From Mobula hypostoma (lineage: Eukaryota): DNA of 64,000 nucleotides. The notes under the pieces are model-generated. The model was given only the letters and a program-made list of their open reading frames with translations. It did no database searches and was not told the origin of the DNA. Every line of letters starts with the position of its first letter. Position 1 is the first letter of the stretch. Positions 9,721-22,366 of the stretch are shown here, piece by piece. The position numbers and the translations under genes are program-made. The stretch lies in NCBI RefSeq assembly GCF_963921235.1, contig NC_086100.1:151280001-151344000 (forward strand), read 5' to 3'.

Positions 9721-11815
9721 AACTGGATTCAAGCTCTCATAAGCACAAATATAAAGAATTGGAGGAAAGATGGTCAAAGACCATAAAAGTATTTGAAAAC
9801 TAAGATGAGAATTTTACTTGTGTTTAAGCAGGAACCAATACAGATCATGGTTTAGTGTGAATTATGACAGAATTATCAGATTTTGTACTGAAGAGAGTTG
9901 GAGGAAAAAGTACAGTCAGGTGTGCATTGGAAGAGTGAAATCTTTTTATACATCTTTTGTTGTCCATGCATCTAAACAGGTGATTTGATATTCCTTCTTC
10001 AGATAGCAACTTCATCTGATCATCCCACATGATCACACAGTCTGTTTCATATGCCAGCTTTATCAAGAACTTTGGTATCAGGAATTTTGTCTTGCCATCT
10101 GATTTACACATTATTTCAGACAGCTTATATGAAAATGATTTGCTCTCTTAACAGGGCACCCAGATGAATCAGAATCAATGTCATTAACAGACTATGTTGT
10201 GAAATTTTTGTTTTGCAGCAACAGTACAATGCAAGTCAAAAATAAATAGTGCAAAAGAGAAATAGTGAAGTAGTGTTCATAGGTTCATGGACTATTCAGA
10301 AATATGATGGCAGAGGGGAAGAAGGTGTTCCTAAAATGTTGAATGTGGTGTTGCAGTTTCTCAGCCCTTAAAATATAAAACTGCAGATGCTGGAAATCTG
10401 AAATAAAACAATCAGAAAATGCTGGAAAAATTTGTGTCAGACAACATCTATGGAAAGAGACACTTAATATTTCATATCTAATGAAGGGTCCCAGACACAA
10501 AATATCAACTATTTCCTCTTTCCACGGATGCTTCTTTACCTGATGATATTTTTTCCAGCATTTTCTGTTATTTTTTTCCTCATCAACTGAATTGAACTTG
10601 CAGAATAATCCATCTCTTACTCTACTGGCCTACCATTGTGTTTGACGAAGATAGTGATTGAGGATGATTCTACAGGATTTTTGTGCATTTATTTTAGTAC
10701 CTCTAAATCGCAACAATGTTCCAACATGCATCACAAAAGCATTGTAAAACAAAATCTAACACCATCAGGTAGATGTCCAAATATTTGTTTTGATGTAGAT
10801 TTAAGGAAGTGTCTTGAGATGGAGAAAAACAGAGACCCAGTGATGGTTCGGGATAGAATTCTAGAGACTTAAGACTTTGGCTATCAAAGAAATTATAGGA
10901 TATGGTGAAGCAATTAAATTTGGGGGTAGGTATCAGATTTGGAGGGCTGGAGGCTTTTAATGAATCAGCCATTAATGAATGGCAAAGTAGATTCAATGGG
11001 CCAACGGCCTTATTCTGCTCCTTTGTCTTATGAAAAAAAACTTTTAATCAGAACAATGCACAACTGAGGGACAATGTTGGTCAACAAACACTACAGAGAT
11101 ATGTGAACAGGTCATGATGCAAGTTGACATAAGGATTTGATTATTGCTTACAAAAGATAACAGATAGTCTGGGAGTGCATTGAAAAAGTCAATTATACCA
11201 AGATACAGATAAAGGGTTCAATTCAGATTAAGCAGAAGTAGGGACTTTTTGGCAACATTATGAATGAGGAACAAGTAGTCCTGGTAATCAATCAGATATG
11301 TTATCTGAGTTTATTTTTGGAGCATGTGTGACACAAAGACGGCAAACACTTTGGTTCAATTTAAAACAGGTTCCAGGGAGAGCAATGGGATGAGTGACTA
11401 GGGCTGAAGACAGAGTATGCTCTTCAAAAGATATAATTGGAGAAAATTTCTGCTCATCTATTGGTGAATTTTAGACATGCATTTTAGAATAGTGAGAGTG
11501 GTCATAGCTGGGCATTGTCAACATAAATGAGGAAAATGACTGTCTTCAGATCATCTTGCAGAGCTGAATCCCAATTAAAAAGCAGAGGGGACCATTTGGC
11601 TTTCTTTAGCATGGGTTCTTTGAATTTAAAAACATCAGCGGTGCTGTAGTTTGCAGTAACACTGAGAAGGAGCCTAGACTTGCAAGAAAGAATGGGCTCA
11701 AGTAAGGAGGAAAGCATGAAATTAATAATGTGGGAAACAATGGAAGCTATTAAGCCACATACATCAAAGTTGCTGGTGAATGCAGCAGGCCAGGCAGCAT
11801 CTATAGGAAGAGGTG

Positions 11816-11853
11816 CAGTCGACGTTTCAGACCGAGACCCTTCGTCAGGACTA
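11816..11853 (-). ncRNA. Minimal type-I hammerhead ribozyme motif
   Basis: TAGTC-CTGACGA-AGGGTCTCGGTCT-GAAA-CGTC-GACTG: intact CUGANGA/GAAA core, stem I AGUC/GACU, GUC cleavage triplet. Confidence 0.8.
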
Positions 11854-12168
11854 ACTGAAGGAAGAGTGAGTAAGGGATTTGAAAGTTAGAGGGGGAGGGG
11901 GAGATCCAAAATGATAGGAGAAGACAGGAGGGGGAGGGATAGAGCCGAGAGCTGGACAGGTGATAGGCAAAAGGGGATACGAGAGGATCATGGGACAAGA
12001 GGTCCGGGAAGAAAGACCGGAGGGGGGTGACCCAGAGGATGGGCAAGGGGTATATTCAGAGGGACAGAGGGAGAAAAAGGAGAGTGAGAGAAAGAATGTG
12101 TGCATAAAAATGAGTAACAGATGGGAAAGCCTCCAGCTTTCAAATCCCTTACTCACTCTTCCTTCAGT

Positions 12169-12206
12169 TAGTCCTGACGAAGGGTCTCGGCCTGAAACGT
12201 CGACTG
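12169..12206 (+). ncRNA. Minimal type-I hammerhead ribozyme motif
   Basis: TAGTC-CTGACGA-AGGGTCTCGGCCT-GAAA-CGTC-GACTG; predicted cleavage after C12201; palindromic ACGU stem III. Confidence 0.8.
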
Positions 12207-12742
12207 CACCTCTTCCTATAGATGCTGCTTGGCCTGCTGCGTTCACCAGCAACTTTGATGTATGTTGCTTGAATTTCCAGCATCTGCAGAATTCCTGTTG
12301 TAAGCTATTAAGCCAAATTAGTTCATTTTATGGCAATATGTATTAGCCTTGGCTTTGAATTCAAATATGAAGATTTAAGCACATTATCTGTAATGGAAGT
12401 TTTTTGTTATATTGCTATATTGTCTGAAGTGGTATCTTTTGGATGAGATGTTAAGATTAGACCCAATCTAATGAAGATCACCCTAATGTGAAAGGATGAG
12501 AAGGGGTGGGACTCGCTGAGCTACTAATGAAGAAGGCAGTTTATGACCCAAATTTAGGGAATGGAGCCAGTCAAGTGACTACAGTTTCAGTAGGAGAGAA
12601 TTTGAGATAGTGACTATACTCGAAACTTCAAGGTACTTATGGAATAGGATAATGATGGAGGGATATTAAAGTGCTAAATTGGGGGAAAGCAGACTTCAGT
12701 ACCATAAGACAGGGCTTGATAAAACTATGCTGACTGTAGTAA

Positions 12743-13834
12743 TGTCATAGTGGGGAGCATTGGGAACAGACCCAAATGCAAGACACAAACACTGAAGTAC
12801 TAAGAACAGGACTTGACTGGAGAACTAGAGTTAGGGACAGGACTGGAAGCAGACAAGGAATTGGGACAGGAACACAGACTAGGCTAGGGGAGCAGGACCA
12901 GGACAAAGGACTGGGAACAAGGAGCCTGGCGTGGACTCCGAGCCAGAGACTGGACAAGGACCCAGAACCTGGGTCTTGACTCGGGCTCAGACCCCAAAAC
13001 CAGGTGACGACGTGGCGAGGCTCGGGTTCCTGGAGAACAGGCGACGACGTGGCGAGGCTCGGGTTCCTGGAGAACAGGCGACGACGTGGCGAGGCTCGGG
13101 TTCCTGGAGAACAGGCGACGACGTGGCGAGGCTCGGGTTCCTGGAGAACAGGCGACGACGTGGCGAGGCTCGGGTTCCTGGAGAACAGGCGACGACGTGG
13201 CGAGGCTCGGGTTCCTGGAGAACAGGCGACGACGTGGCGAGGCTGGAGGCTGGCACTCAGAGACAGACTGGAAACTGTACATCAACATAGAGCTGGGACT
13301 TATCCTTTGAAAAGCCAGGACTCATCTTTAACACAACAGTAACATGAGACTGGACAGTATACAGACATTGAGCCAGGACTTATCCTTAGACAAGCCAGGA
13401 CTCAACTTTATCTCCACACCAAGGTGGGGCAGGTCCATTCATCAGGTAACAGCAGAACAACCTGACTTACCCAACAGAGGCAGAGACAAGACAAAACAGA
13501 TCCCCCGCAGGGCAACAGTAGAACAGCCTGACTTACCCCACAGAGGCAAGGACAAGAGGGGACAGATCCAACCACAGGGTAACAGCAATCACCCTGGCTT
13601 ACCCAACAAAGGCAAGGGACAGAACCAACCAGTAGATTACTCCAAGAGGAGACTGACAAGACAACCCAGCAACTACACATAATCCCAGAGCCACTTATAT
13701 TCCCAGCCCCAAGATGAGCATCAGGTGCTTATTGTTAAGTCCAACCGAAACAAGGGACAGCCGGAAGACCTGGAGTCCGGAGTCCACGGACCGGACTGTG
13801 AACCGGAATGTGGATTTCGGACTGGACCATGAGA
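12743..13834. mobile_element. Solo LTR inserted in a CR1 remnant
   Basis: Termini TGTCAT...ATGAGA (one change from ATGACA); 5-bp TSD AGTAA at 12738-12742 and 13835-13839; internal tandem repeats. Confidence 0.75.
13003..13244. repeat. 37-bp CpG-rich minisatellite, about 6.5 copies
   Basis: Unit GGCGACGACGTGGCGAGGCTCGGGTTCCTGGAGAACA starting at 13003, 13040, 13077, 13114, 13151, 13188 and 13225 (partial). Confidence 0.97.
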
Positions 13835-13989
13835 AGTAACCTGCAGGTAAGTGTGTATCTGACAAGTGGGAGTTAATCAAAAGTGAAAGTGAAAGCTCAG
13901 GGTCACTCCATTCCCTCAAGGGTGAAAGATAAGAACACCCAGTCACAGAGACACACAGCAGGGAAAGAGGCTCTCCAGTCAGTTGAGTC

Positions 13990-14258
13990 CACACTGATCA
14001 CCCACTCATTTACACAATCCTACATTGATCCCATTTGTTTATTCCAACATTCTCATCAACTCCTCCCAGACAGAACTTCACATAAAGGGCTATTTACAGT
14101 ATCCAATTAACTTACTAACCCACACATCTGTCGGATTTGGAAAGAAACCTGGGCACCCAGGGGAAACCCATGGTGTCACAGGAAGGACAGATAAATTCCA
14201 AGCAGACAGTAACTAAAGACAGGATTGAATCCAGGTATTTACTGTACCACTGCGCTGC
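13990..14258 (-). mobile_element. V-SINE (HE1-like) copy
   Basis: Reverse strand has the V-domain-like TGGGTTTCCCCTGGGTGCCCAGGTTTCTTTCCA after a degenerate tRNA head. Confidence 0.65.
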
Positions 14259-15132
14259 TTTGGGGTGGAGGGGAAAGGCAGGAAATTGTTGCAGCTCTGT
14301 CAGAGATTTGTAAATCTTCACTGTCTACAAACAAGATACCAGATAACCAGAGGAGAACAAATATGGTATGTTTATTCAAAGAGGAATGCAGGGATAAGCC
14401 AGGTTAAATATCAATGTTAAGGAAATTATGAAGAAAGCCCAAGGGACTGAATTAATCTAAACCTGGAGAGGTAGAAATGAATCAAAGATAAAATGATTTT
14501 ATTATGAGTGATTCTATCTGATCAACATTTTTTAAGAGGAAACAATTCAATTGATGAGAGCAGTATGGTCACTGAAGCTTCCATGGATTTCAGTTAGGTC
14601 TTTGACAAGGACCCATATGGAAGACTGATCCTGAAGATTGGGATCTAGAGGAAACTGGCTTGGAAACAGGAGGAAGAAGATGATGGTAGCAAACCACTAT
14701 AGCTGTCCAAACAAAATGAAGTACAGGAATTTACTGCACGTCACGTCTTTCAGCCCATTATATCCATGTCAAATCTTCACTAACACTATCTAGAAATTAT
14801 CCCACCATATTACCAGACCTTCCTCCGGCATTGAATTTCTCTATGGCTCAAAGTCATTAGTAGCATTCCACAGGGATCTGCACTGGAACCTTTGCTGTTT
14901 GTGGTGTATATAAATTACCTGGATGAGAATGCAGATGAGTGGGTTAGTATGTTTGCAGATGATACAAAGATTGGTGGTGTTGTGGATGGCAATGTATACA
15001 ACAGAATACAGATCAGTTGAAAATAAGTGCAGATAAGTGACAGATGAAGTTTAACCAAGCCAAATGTAAAGTGTTGCATCTTGGTAGGTTAAATGCAGAG
15101 ACAGCACACTACTCATAGCAAGATTCTTAACT

Positions 15133-16335
15133 GTGTCGCTCCCTTCTCTCAATTCCTGCATCTTCAGCACTTCTGCTCTCAGGACGAGGCTTTTCATTCC
15201 AGAATTAAGGAAATGTCCTCTTTCTTCAAAGAGAGAGGCTTCTCTTCCTCCACCATCAACGCTGTCCTCAACCGCATCTCTTCCATTTCATGCACGACTG
15301 CCTCAGTCCATCCTCCCACTACCTCACCAAAGATAGGGTTCCTCTTGTCCCTATCTACCACCCCACCAGCCTCCATGACTAGCACATAATTCTCTGTAAA
15401 TTCCATCATCTCCAATGGAACCACCAGCAAGCACATCTTTCACTCTCCCCACTTTCTGTTTTCCACAGGGATCGCTCCCTATGTGACTTCGTTGTCCATT
15501 CGTCCCTCCCCACTGATCCCCCTCCTAGCACTCATCCTTGCAAGTGAAACAAGTGCTACACCTGCCCCTACACCTCCTCCCTTATTACCATTCAGTGCCG
15601 CAAACATTCCTTCCAGGTGAGGTGATGCTTCACCTTTGAGTCTGTTGGGGTCATCTACTGTATCCGGTGCTCTCGGTGTGGCCTCCTGCATATCGGTGAG
15701 ACCCGACACAGATTAGGAGACCACTTCACTGAGCACATATGGTGCGTCCCACCAGAAAAAGCGGGATCTCTCAGTGACCACCCATTTTAATTCCAATTTC
15801 CATTCCAACATGTCCATTCATGGCTTCCTTTACTGTCGTGACGAGGTCACATTCGGGTTGGAGGAGCAACACCTTATATTCTGTTTGGGTAGCCTCCAAC
15901 CTAATGGCATGAATAGTGAGTTCTCAAACTTTCAGTAATGCCTCTCTCCCTTCACCATTTCCCTTTCCCATTTCCCTCCCTCACCTTATCTTCTTCCCTC
16001 TGGTTCTCCTCATCCTTCTCTTTCTTCCATGGCCTCCTGTCCTCTCCTATCAGATTTCCCCCTTCTCCAGCCCTGCATCTCTTTCACCAATCAACGTCCC
16101 AGCTCTTTACTTCACCCATCCTGCCATCTTGGTTTCACCTATCACCTTGTGTTTCTTCCTCCCCTTTCCCCACCTTCTTGCTCTGACTCCTCATCTTCTT
16201 TGCTCCAGTCCTGATGAAGTGTCTCGACCTGAAATGTCGACTGTACTTTTTCCCATAGATGCTGCCTGGCCTGCTGAGTTCCTCCAGCACTGTGTGTATG
16301 TTGCTTGAATTTCCAACATCTGCAGATTTTCCCTT
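15133..16335 (+). mobile_element. Penelope-like element 3' part (GIY-YIG endonuclease remnant plus terminal hammerhead)
   Basis: About 15610-15735 translates FTFESVGVIYCIRCSRCGLLHIGETRHRLGDHFTEH; hammerhead motif at 16206-16243. Confidence 0.85.
16206..16243 (+). ncRNA. Hammerhead ribozyme motif (core intact, stems partly decayed)
   Basis: CAGTC-CTGATGA-AGTGTCTCGACCT-GAAA-TGTC-GACTG. Confidence 0.65.
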
Positions 16336-17094
16336 GTCCCTAACAGGATAGGCAGAATGATCTTGGGGCTCACATTCATAGTTCCCTGAAAGTGGCTACA
16401 CAGGTCAATAGGGTGGTTAAGTAGGCATATGGCATACTTGCAATTATTAGTCAAGACACTGAGTTCAAAGTCAGGAAGTTATATTGTAGCTTTATAAAAC
16501 TCTAGTTAGACTGTATCTGGAGTACTGCATACAGCTTTGATCACCCCACTACACAAAAAGAGGGTGCAGAAGAGTTTTATCAGGGTGCTGCCTGGATTAG
16601 AGGACATGTATTATAACAGACATTGAACATACTCGAGTTGTTTTCTCTGGAGTGGTGGAGAGGTTTATAAGATTATGAGAGACGTAGGTAGGGTATACAG
16701 ACAATATCTTTTTCCAAGGGTTGAAATGTCAAATACCAGACAGCATGCATTTCAGGTGAGATGGGGTAATTTCAAAGGAGATGTGAGGTGCAAGTATTTT
16801 TACACAGAGAGTTGGTGGCTGTCTAGGATGCACTGACTGTGGTGATGGTGGAGGCAGATAAATTAGGGACTTTTAAAAGATGATTAGATAGGCACATTAT
16901 GTCATCATGAAGTGCTTTGAATGACTGCTAATGGCACAAATAAAAGACGTAATTCCTGCCACATTGGACATTCACCAATGTGCTTACAAACCAAATTCAT
17001 CTATAATAGATCCCATAGCATCTGTCATGCCCCTGGTCCTGATGCACCTAGAAATCAAGGACACATGTCAGAATGCTGTCTCTGGATTTCAGTT

Positions 17095-17835
17095 ATCCAT
17101 TGTCTATTGTGTCTTGTGCTTCCTGTACATTAGTCAAACTTCTCATAAATTGGATGACTGCTTCATCAAGCACTTCTGCTCCATTTGCTTAAAGCAGAAC
17201 TTCCCAGTGGCCAAACACTTTCATTCCCATTCCCGTTCCAACATGCCCATGGCCTCCTCTTGTGCTACGACAAAGCCACCCTCAGGGTGGAGGATCAACA
17301 TCTTATATTCCATCTAGATAGCCTCCAACCTGATGGTATGAATATTGATTTCTCCTTCCAGTAAAAAAATTCTCTCCCCCTCCCTCTATTCTCCACTCTG
17401 GCCTCTTACATCTTCTCATCTGCCTATCGCCTCCCCCTGGGTCCCTTCCTCCTACTCTTTCTCCTATGGTTCCCTCTTCTCACCTATCAGATTCCTTCCT
17501 CTCCAGCCCTTTACTTTTCCTACCCACCTGGCTTTTCCTATCAGCATCAAACTATTCTCCCTCTCCTCCTCCACCACCTTTTCATTCTGGTGCCTTCCCC
17601 CTTCCTTTGCAGTCCTGAAGAAGGGTCTTGGCCCAAAACTTTGACTGTTTATTCATTTCCATAGATGCTGTCTGACCTACACATACAAGGTGGAAAAAAA
17701 GTAGAGCTGATGTTTCGGGCTGAGACCCTTGGGCAGGACTTTTTTTCCATTGATGCTGCCTGGCTTGCTAAGTTCCTCCAGCATTTTGTGTGTGTTGCTT
17801 GGATTTCCAGCATCTGCAGAATTTCTCATGTTTAT
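17095..17835 (+). mobile_element. Penelope-derived fragments with a short internal inversion
   Basis: GIY-YIG-like remnant; degenerate hammerhead motifs at about 17610-17647 (+) and about 17705-17740 (-). Confidence 0.7.
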
Positions 17836-18055
17836 ATTATTGTATGTTTTTTAAATTATTATTGTGTTCTGTAATTTTTGTTTTTTTTGTGTGCTGCGTC
17901 GGATTGGGAGTAGCAATTATTTTGTTCTCCTTTACACATGTGTACTAGAAATGAGACTAATCAACCTTGAATCTCGAACGCACTGCCTCAGATGGTGATA
18001 GAGGCTGAAGTATTGGGAGTCTTTTAAAAGACATTTAAATAGGCACATGAATGTG

Positions 18056-18700
18056 GGAGGGAGAAGATGGCGGCACGACGCAGCACATGCAGCCGTTCTG
18101 AATGAATATCGTATGTGTAACTAGGGGGGCCGTGCACAGTCCTGATTTGATGGAGACAGCCGTGAGAGTATGGAGGAACACCTGGAGTAACTTCTGAAAT
18201 GCCCGCTTCACTGCCGCTGCTACTGTGCGATCGAGAATCTCCGGAGACGAAGGCCCCAAATCCTCGGCTTTGCCTATTGCTTGTTGCCAGGACCAGGGTC
18301 GAAACGCTCAGCAGAGATGGTGCTCGGTGCTCGGTTTCGAAGAGATGGTCGGAGGCTCAGAGTTTTCGGACGGACTCAGAGTCGGACTGTGGTCAGAGGC
18401 TTCCAGGGTGCTGCATCGGCAAGTTGGCGGCACTAGAGGTTTACCGTCTGCGTGAGATGATGGGACTTTTGAGAGATTTTGAGACTTTACCGTGCCATGC
18501 TCTGTTCTTATCAAATTACGGTATTGCTTTGCACTGTTGTAACTATATGTTATAATTATGTGGTTTTTGTTAGTTTTTAAGTCGGTTTGTCATGTGTTTT
18601 CGTGATATCATTCTGGAAAAACATTGTATCATTTCTTAATGCATACATTACTAAATGACAATAAAAGAGGACTGCGTGCCCTCATAATCTAATCTAATCT
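18056..18700 (+). mobile_element. Non-autonomous retroposon with YY1-motif 5' end and (AATCT)n tail
   Basis: Starts GGAGGGAGAAGATGGCGGC; ends AATAAAA...(AATCT)3; 19-bp TSD AAATAGGCA(C/T)ATGAATGTG at 18037-18055 and 18701-18719. Confidence 0.85.
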
Positions 18701-19647
18701 AAATAGGCATATGAATGTGCGAAAAATGGATTTAGCTGAGGCCTACTTACAGATAGAGATGGAAGAAGAGTCCAAAATGTTTCTCAGCATAAACACTCAC
18801 AAGGGCCTTTATCATTATAATAGGCTTATTTTTAGAATAGCATCTGCACTTGCGCTCTGGCAGAAAGCTGTGGACCGGGCACTCAGTGTTACCACAATAA
18901 CAGAATTGTTGCTGGTAAGGATGACCAAGAACATCTGCAAAACCTCAAGACAGTGTTAAAAAGATTAAGAGATTACGGGCTCAGCATGAAGCAACAAGTG
19001 TGGATTCTTTAAACCAAGCATCACTTTCTGTGGTCACAAGGTTTTGCTCAAATGTGCTGAGAAAATTCAATGATGGATACCCCAAGGCCAAAGGGTGTGT
19101 CACAGTTTCGGTCCTGTTTAGGATTTGTTAACTACAATAACAGGTTCCTGCCAAAACTGGCTAATGTGCTCCATTCCTTGAACACACTACTGCGGATCGG
19201 GAAGAAATGGCAATGGACGAAGCAGTATGAGATGGCTTTAAATAAGATAAAGGAAGTGATGAAGTCAGACACTATACTGACATATTATGATCAACCTCAT
19301 CTAGTGAAGCTTGCATGTGATGCTTTGCCTTATGGTACAGGTGCAGACATGTCACATGCTGTGAGTGATGGAAGTGAATACCCCATAACTTTTGCATCAC
19401 TTTCCCTTACCACTACGGAGAAAAAATATGCATAGATTGACAGACAGGCCTTGAGTCTGGTTTGGGGTGTAAAACATTTCAACCAGTACTTGTATGAAAG
19501 AAAGCTTACCCTCATGATTGATCATCAACCACTGGTGTCCATTTTCAAGCCACAGAGGGGTGTTTCATTAACAGCAGCAGCTCGAATGCAGAGATGGGCT
19601 CTGTTTCCTTGAGAGCACAATTACAAAATTTAATTCAAGAGGACAAC

Positions 19648-20072
19648 TGTCACCAGGTGAGGGGCATGGCCCAAGTGCGGTGTGAGAGACACTGAAGCTG
19701 GTTGATAGTTCACAGACTTTAATGCGAACAGTGTTAAAGGGAAAAGAAAACAATAAACGCTAGGCCAAACAGGGCTGTTAACTAAAACTCTCAAATGGAA
19801 AACGAAGCCTGCACTGCGGATGAAAAGAACAACTAAGAATAAAACGAATACCGCTAGTGTTCAGAGTCAGTTGACTCGACAGTCCAATTTCTCAGGCAAG
19901 GCAGAATGCAAAACAGGCAGCGAAGCGTTGGCTGTGTCCAAGTCTCGGCAAATACTATGACGGAATGAATGGAGTTAAATACTATCACAATGGAATAATA
20001 ATTAGCTGATACGTGCATATTCACAAGCGCAATTGCCGTAACTACTGCACTGCCGAATCGGTGGTTGTGACA
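19648..20072. mobile_element. Solo LTR nested in Gypsy pol
   Basis: TGTCAC...GTGACA termini; 6-bp TSD GACAAC at 19642-19647 and 20073-20078; removing it restores FKRTTNHGNADG. Confidence 0.85.
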
Positions 20073-21011
20073 GACAACTAATCATGGAAATGCTGATGGA
20101 TTGTCCCGTTTACCCTTAGGAAAGGAAGTACCAGAAAAGTTACTAAAAAAGTCACTCTTTTGGACATATTCTCTCTAACACAAATCAAAAGTCTCCATAT
20201 TATAACAGAGATGATCCAAAGGGAAACCAGAAAAGACCCCACACTATGTCAGGTTTACATGGACATATAAAATGGCTGGAATGTGTAACAGATATCCCAC
20301 TTCCCTCATTTTTACCAGCGCTGGGATGAACTTGTCCTTCACAGAGTAGAGTCAATTGAGAGTTTTTATACCATCCAAGCTGGGAGCTAAAATGTTGGAG
20401 GAGCTACATGCCAGGCATCTGGGTGTGGTTAAAATGAATGTGTTGGCTATAAGCTTTGTCTGGTGGCCTGGGTAGATCAGCAGATCGAGCAGCTTGCCAT
20501 GCCCCGTACAGAATGCCAACATGTCCAGAAGATGCCAAGAGCAGTGCCTCTCCATCCCTGGGATTGACCTGCATTGCCCTGACAGAGGATTCCTGTGGAT
20601 TTTGCTGGACCGTTCATGGGCACAAATTTCTTGTTAGTAGTGGATGCAGCTACAAAGTGGCCAGAAGTGTTCCCAATAGCCTCCACTATAGCCTCACACG
20701 CTGTTGATGTGTTGAGAAGTCTCTTTGCATGGACTGTTGATCCAGAACACTGTGTCAGTGACAACGGACCACAGTTTGTGGTGGAACAGTTTCAGTTATT
20801 CCTAAAAGTGAATGGAATAAGACATATTACATCTGCACTGTACCGCCCAGTTACAAATGGCCTGGCGGAAAGGTTTGTCCAGAAACAATGTCACCAGTAC
20901 ACACTACACTAAAACTGAAACAGAAGCTCACCAATTTCCTCCTTGTATATCATAATTCAACACACTCTACAACTAACAACTCACCAGCTATACTCTTCCT
21001 GGATCATCCCT

Positions 21012-21723
21012 TGTCAAGTCAAACTAGAGTTTCTAGAAAGTATTGGGACCTAGAGGCAAAAGAAAATAAAATTTAAAAGTAATAGCAAGAATACATTGAT
21101 AGACTGGATGGAACCCATTCTGCCCTGAACACTGGGAGGACCCCACAGTATCACAGCGGCAGTCTGGGAGCAGTGTTGGAACCTGCGGCAAGATGCTAGA
21201 ACTTTAAATAACTTGAGGGACTGTTTCATGGAAAAGAGCACTGCTGTCACTGTGTTTTGGGTTAGCACCAGTTTCACGTCATGGGGATCATTGCGCGCAG
21301 GCGCTTCTGGGAAATGGCGCAAGGTTTAAGAAGAGCTCAGGAACCTTCGGGAAGGCGCACCCAGTTTGAAAACATAATGGTCTGTTAGGGAGCGAAGACT
21401 GTGCAGGTCGAATCCGTCTACAAAGTCCAGAGAGGTAGCCAGTTTTTTCACCTAGTGACTAGTGCCTAGTGACTAATGTCTAATGTCTAATGTCTAATGA
21501 CTAATGTCTGGTGACTAATGACTAATGTCTAATGGCTAATGGTTGATGGAATTAATGGAACTATCAAACTGCCACACTTGCGAAAAATAAAAGGAGGAAA
21601 AAGGAAAAGTTGTTTGGTCATTGAGTGGAATCCAGTGAAAAAACCTTCGGGTAGATGCATTCAATCTCTTTCAAGTGGGGAAGCTGCACATGTTCAAAGA
21701 AGAAAAAGAAATCCGACTTGACA
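21012..21723. mobile_element. Solo LTR nested in Gypsy integrase, containing a (CTAATGT/A)n tract at about 21451-21540
   Basis: 9-bp inverted termini TGTCAAGTC/GACTTGACA; 5-bp TSD TCCCT at 21007-21011 and 21724-21728. Confidence 0.85.
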
Positions 21724-22129
21724 TCCCTTGTGTTCACACTTAGATGTCCTCAAACCCAATCTCAGAAGGAAGATGCAGGACAAACAGCTGAGATAAATTG
21801 AGGGCTTCTCAAACAAGGAGATACAATGTTTCCCTCCTGGACAAGCAGTCCTAGTGAGGGACTACAGAGGTGATCAAAAGTGGGTACTTGGAAAGATTAG
21901 GGACAAAACTGGACTACTCTCCTACATAGTGGAGATTGAATCTGATGTCATCTAGAGAGGACGCATCAATCAGTTGAGGAGAGTAGAGTCAACTGATAGA
22001 GAAGAAAATTGGCTACTGCTATCAATACCACTTCCTGTAGTCTCAGAGTCATCTCCTCCAACCACCTCGGAGGAGGCCCCAGAACACGAGATTGTTTCAC
22101 AGCCACATCTCACCTGTTAAGCAACCAGA

Positions 22130-22366
22130 TAGCAAATCCGGAGTGGAGCTGCTAAGGCGGTTGGACATCATCGAACATCCTTCCGACAGCTCCTGCAGAC
22201 AAGCCGGTGCCAAACATATTGCTTCAAAAGCTTTCCTTTGGACTGTGCTGGTGAGGCTGAGAGGGGGATCTTGAAGGCTGGGCATCTCATGATCTCCATA
22301 TCTTCCGCCCGGGGCTATGATGATTATCATCACCCATTGTCCTTCCAGACAGACGGATGCCAACCA
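22130..22366 (-). mobile_element. Probable RTE-type 5' UTR or SINE fragment
   Basis: Reverse strand GGTTGGCATCCGTC...CCAACCGCCTTAG...CTCCGGATTT resembles RTE 5' ends (from recall only). Confidence 0.35.

Larger units (their letters stand above)
11758..12301. mobile_element. Young Penelope-derived insertion with inverted terminal segments
   Basis: About 130-bp near-perfect inverted repeat (about 11758-11886 vs 12136-12264); 14-bp TSD AAGCTATTAAGCCA at 11744-11757 and 12302-12315. Confidence 0.88.
14260..16900 (+). mobile_element. Decayed CR1-like LINE interrupted by the Penelope element at 15133-16335
   Basis: RT remnants (GTTTGCAGATGATACAAAGATTGGTGG near 14951); continues after 16340 through the CR1 C-terminal region. 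Confidence 0.7.

Noticed and set aside
12884-13342. CRISPR-like array or repetitive protein ORFs
   Set aside because: Head-to-tail 37-bp units with no spacers, in a eukaryotic LTR; the ORFs are by-products of a stop-free repeat.
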